Translations under genes and position numbers: made by a program
Notes under the pieces: generated by a model
What the model was told of the DNA's origin: nothing
Seen by the model: only the letters and a program-made list of their open reading frames with translations
Databases searched by the model: none
Shown: piece by piece, positions 62,705 through 64,000 of the stretch
Layout of the letters: each line of letters begins with the position of its first letter
Numbering within the stretch: position 1 is the first letter of the stretch
Origin: an uncultured Chloroflexia bacterium
GTDB lineage: Bacteria; Chloroflexota; Anaerolineae; Anaerolineales; Anaerolineaceae
Assembly (NCBI GenBank): GCA_963747325.1
Contig: CAVVEM010000004.1
Location: 1 to 64,000 of the forward strand
DNA length: 64,000 bases
Direction: 5' to 3'

Positions 62705-64000
62705 TTATTTCCAATCGAGTTTACCAACCGAGCCATCTCCAGTGATCTGGAGGGATTGACCGTTAATGACATCGTAAAGCCATAAATTACCCTGATAGTG
62801 GAATGCAAGCCAGGGTGAATCGTCAGTTGTTTTTACTGGTGACCAGTGAACGTTCTGGGGATCCATGCCCAATAAGCCTTCTTCAGGGAAAAACTTTTTT
62901 TGATTTGAACCATCCCGATCCATCACAAGAAGATGATACCGGCTGGTTTCACTCTGTTCCGGAAAGATAGCCTGTAAATAGGCGATCATATTTCGGCCAT
63001 TTCCAAGGTCAGGGGAGACAACCGGATAAGAAAACATACCGGCCTGGGGAACAATATCAATAATTGTTTTTGAGCTCAAGGAAAGAACACCCATATTAAA
63101 AATTGGAGATTCTTCTTCCGAAGTTAATCCGGATGCAGCAAGATGGTTTACCGCATATAGAAATTGTTCATCAGTAGTCCACGAGATTTGAGGGACCCAT
63201 GCCCAGTCGGAATGGGTTTGGTAAGAAAGAATATTCGCCAGGGGTTCAAACGTGCCTTCCGATAAATTCACCAGTCCGATGCCTTCCGGTCTGGCATAAG
63301 CAATTTTGTTCCCTGAGGGTGAAATACTAAAAGACGTACCCCACCAGCCGTAAATTCCGCCTGCATTCGTATCAATTATGGTATTGATATTTGCAATATT
63401 GCCTTCTCTGGTAAGCGTTAAAATTTGGAAATCGTTATTCGCCTGCCAACCAGGGGCAGTCTCTCTGGCTTCAACGGTTGAGCAGGCAATCGCATACTGT
63501 TCATTGGGAATCCAATCTGCAAAATGTACGATATTGGTAATAGTCGTATCCAGGGGTACGGCACCATTTTTGTCGATATCCACAACCCAAAGCGTATTAA
63601 TCAGACCATCCTCATTATCATCTGCAGAGCGGCTGTAAAGCAGTTTAGTTGCGTCCGGTGAGAGAGAGAACACTTTTCCATCCAGGTCACCTGTAGTGAC
63701 GATAGGGCGACGGTTTGCTGTTGTCCCTTCCATTACCCAGGCATTGCCATTGGCAATATAGGCAATCACCCCATTAATCGCGATGGGAGAAAACGGACTT
63801 TGCACCCCAACCATGATGATTTCCGGTTTGGGTTCAACAACATTGACAGTTTTAAAAACGGAGCGCTGGAGAACAATTCCATTTTCCGAGCGTACCCGAT
63901 AGGTGATTTGCTGGATGCCATTTTCACCGGGTTGGATCAATCGGGTTTGGCCTTCCGGTAAAGATTCGTTCCTGACAGTCTGGCTGGCAAAAGGCAGCAC
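62705..64000 (-). CDS. TolB-like/PD40 beta-propeller periplasmic-type protein (N-terminus outside window)
   Basis: ORF open to the window edge; the repeated SPDGSKIAY-like strands ([26 protein letters not shown]) are typical of PD40/WD40-like propellers. Confidence 0.6.
   Translation of the reverse strand: MLPFASQTVRNESLPEGQTRLIQPGENGIQQITYRVRSENGIVLQRSVFKTVNVVEPKPEIIMVGVQSPFSPIAINGVIAYIANGNAWVMEGTTANRRPIVTTGDLDGKVFSLSPDATKLLYSRSADDNEDGLINTLWVVDIDKNGAVPLDTTITNIVHFADWIPNEQYAIACSTVEARETAPGWQANNDFQILTLTREGNIANINTIIDTNAGGIYGWWGTSFSISPSGNKIAYARPEGIGLVNLSEGTFEPLANILSYQTHSDWAWVPQISWTTDEQFLYAVNHLAASGLTSEEESPIFNMGVLSLSSKTIIDIVPQAGMFSYPVVSPDLGNGRNMIAYLQAIFPEQSETSRYHLLVMDRDGSNQKKFFPEEGLLGMDPQNVHWSPVKTTDDSPWLAFHYQGNLWLYDVINGQSLQITGDGSVGKLDWK

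Overview
This window is a chromosomal segment of about 64 kb that looks like a monoderm, Chloroflexota/Anaerolineae-like bacterium. The taxonomic guess rests on gene content only and was not verified. Most of it is housekeeping: the atpD 3' end and atpC, mreB, rex, folC, lon, coaD, recG, an Asp23–YloV–DegV module, rpmB, rpe, trxA, murA, PPi-dependent pfk, fba, rsmD, and one tRNA-Arg(CCG). Several regions are less ordinary. (1) Next to the tRNA-Arg there is a tandem array of three diverged, highly palindromic repeats of about 280 bp (10.76–11.49 kb). They have a periodic GGGCRGGTTT / AAACCYGCCC inverted-motif architecture, are not CRISPR, and are not accompanied by any integrase. (2) A eukaryote-like Ser/Thr signalling island spans 29.9–38.0 kb. 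It holds two Hanks kinases (one fused to a PQQ beta-propeller), a PP2C phosphatase, a J-domain–VWA fusion, an FHA–zinc-ribbon protein, an SH3b membrane protein, DUF971, an orphan OmpR regulator and an FmdB zinc ribbon. (3) Seven paralogous GT-C-fold polyprenyl-phosphate-dependent glycosyltransferase-like membrane proteins sit in tandem at 44.4–55.5 kb, with a nitrilase and a soluble histidine kinase. (4) A Pmp-like beta-helix lipoprotein carries a choice-of-anchor-Q and Cys-rich C-terminus. (5) An orphan BchI/ChlI-like AAA+ ATPase is present. About 20 frameshifts interrupt otherwise perfectly conserved genes, clustered at 17–27 kb (lon, recG, degV, yloV, flotillin) and scattered in mreB, a GT39 gene, pfk, fba and nudix. 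The pattern fits homopolymer indel errors in the assembly better than real pseudogenisation. No transposase, integrase, phage gene or CRISPR array was seen.
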